Of a stretch of 64,000 bases of DNA, positions 62,936 to 64,000 are shown in pieces. The translations under genes were made by a program, and so were the position numbers. Every line of letters begins with the position of its first letter. The first letter of the stretch is position 1. The notes under the pieces were generated by a model. That model was not told where the DNA came from. It saw only the letters and a program-made list of their open reading frames with translations, and did no database searches. The stretch is from Veleropilina oligotropha (lineage: Eukaryota), in NCBI GenBank assembly GCA_048128005.1, contig JBEUKZ010000110.1:1-64000 (forward strand), read 5' to 3'.

Positions 62936-63211
62936 CTGAAAAATACATTAAAACCATTGTTGTGGTGTCAGTCTATTATCTTGACCCGTGTTCAATTACA
63001 CATATTTTTATTTATTTCTTGCCACATGATTAACCAACCACCAAGTTACATATTTAAAGATTATATATTTCTTGATATATCGTGCGGAAACAACGGAAGC
63101 AGACGGACATCACATTCGGGGGCATATAAAATGTACCTGGACACATTTGTTATCACCATATACATTATTTGAACATAAATTTCTGATATATCGCAATTAT
63201 ACAGATAATAC

Positions 63212-63327
63212 CTCCGTCCAATTTTAGTGAAGATCGCCATTCAACAGGCAAAAACTCAGCTCTCTGGTTCATATCGTCTAAATTGGGGAACTGTTTCTCC
63301 TTCAATTTCCGCACAGATTCACGGAGA
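63212..63327 (-). CDS. DDHD1: DDHD1-like exon
   Basis: LRESVRKLKEKQFPNLDDMNQRAEFLPVEWRSSLKLDG. The FLPVEWR motif is present; AG/GT borders with consistent phase. Confidence 0.9.
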
Positions 63328-63961
63328 CTAAAAACAGAAAGTTATCTTTTCAGTTATAAATAACTCAAATACTCTAAATGCATTTGATTTAACAACAATA
63401 TATATGATCATATATCAAGGCAATCAGTGCATACATCCTACCTGTCTGGTATATCTAACTACATTATTGTTCATTTCTTTTGATATGGTGGGATATAGGT
63501 ACTACACACGGCAATATCATGCTGTCGTGACATCATGGACATGTCCTGGTATCATGACCCTGAAGGGTGATAAAAATGGGACCTAGGCCAAAAAAATAAA
63601 TTCTTTGGCTCTTGTTACATGGTTATAAAAATTAGGGTATGTAGGTAGGTAAATATTTTTATTTTTGGAAAAGTTTTTTCATATAACTATGTATTGATTT
63701 TCCCCAAAATTAAACAACCAACTGAACAAAAATCCATGTCATATGGTAATATGCGGCCATTAATCCTATTTAATAGATATGTCTCACATCACAAAGCCTT
63801 CCAGAGAGAAAATAGGATGGTCAAGGGCGAGATGGCTTTAAAAAAAAGTAAATCACCGATAAAAAGTTTAGGGTAGGGCCGAAAATTTAGGTAGGGTAGG
63901 GTAACAGGAAAACAATACATTTTTGTCTTGGCCTTATGCATCGATCCACACTAAAACTTAC

Positions 63962-64000
63962 TCTCCACAGCTTTTTACAATGCTTCCGGTCTCCATTTTC
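63962..64000 (-). CDS. DDHD1: DDHD1-like phospholipase A1 exon (partial, runs off window)
   Basis: KMETGSIVKSCG(D), donor GA|GTAAGT. Matches the segment after HGIGQ in DDHD1. Confidence 0.7.

Overview
AT-rich eukaryotic DNA with spliced genes and dense repeats; an invertebrate animal, possibly lophotrochozoan, is inferred from the repeat types. It holds two convergent host genes. The first is a 3-exon PPP1R27-like ankyrin PP1 regulator (+, 4160-24013) whose second intron needs a GC donor. The second is the last 11 coding exons of a DDHD1-like phospholipase A1 (-, 64000 to 32245). Two full-length, ORF-intact 7403-bp DIRS1-type tyrosine-recombinase (YR) retrotransposons (40494-47896, 54509-61911) lie in DDHD1 introns. 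In both, gag and the YR ORF are in one frame, separated by a single UAG that is followed by a strong GC stem. The most unusual signal is a set of about 14 elements from several unrelated sequence families with one architecture: short inverted repeat, body, inverted repeat, long imperfect terminal hairpin. One member encodes a decayed Crypton/DUF3504-type tyrosine recombinase. The hairpins carry CGAG/CGAG mismatches, always on the same strand relative to the element, and the elements stack head-to-tail. Also present: a decayed L2/CR1-group LINE, tRNA-derived SINEs, Helitron and Helentron (HINE) non-autonomous elements, TIR MITEs and (TA)n tracts. All coordinates were read by eye; no database searches were run.
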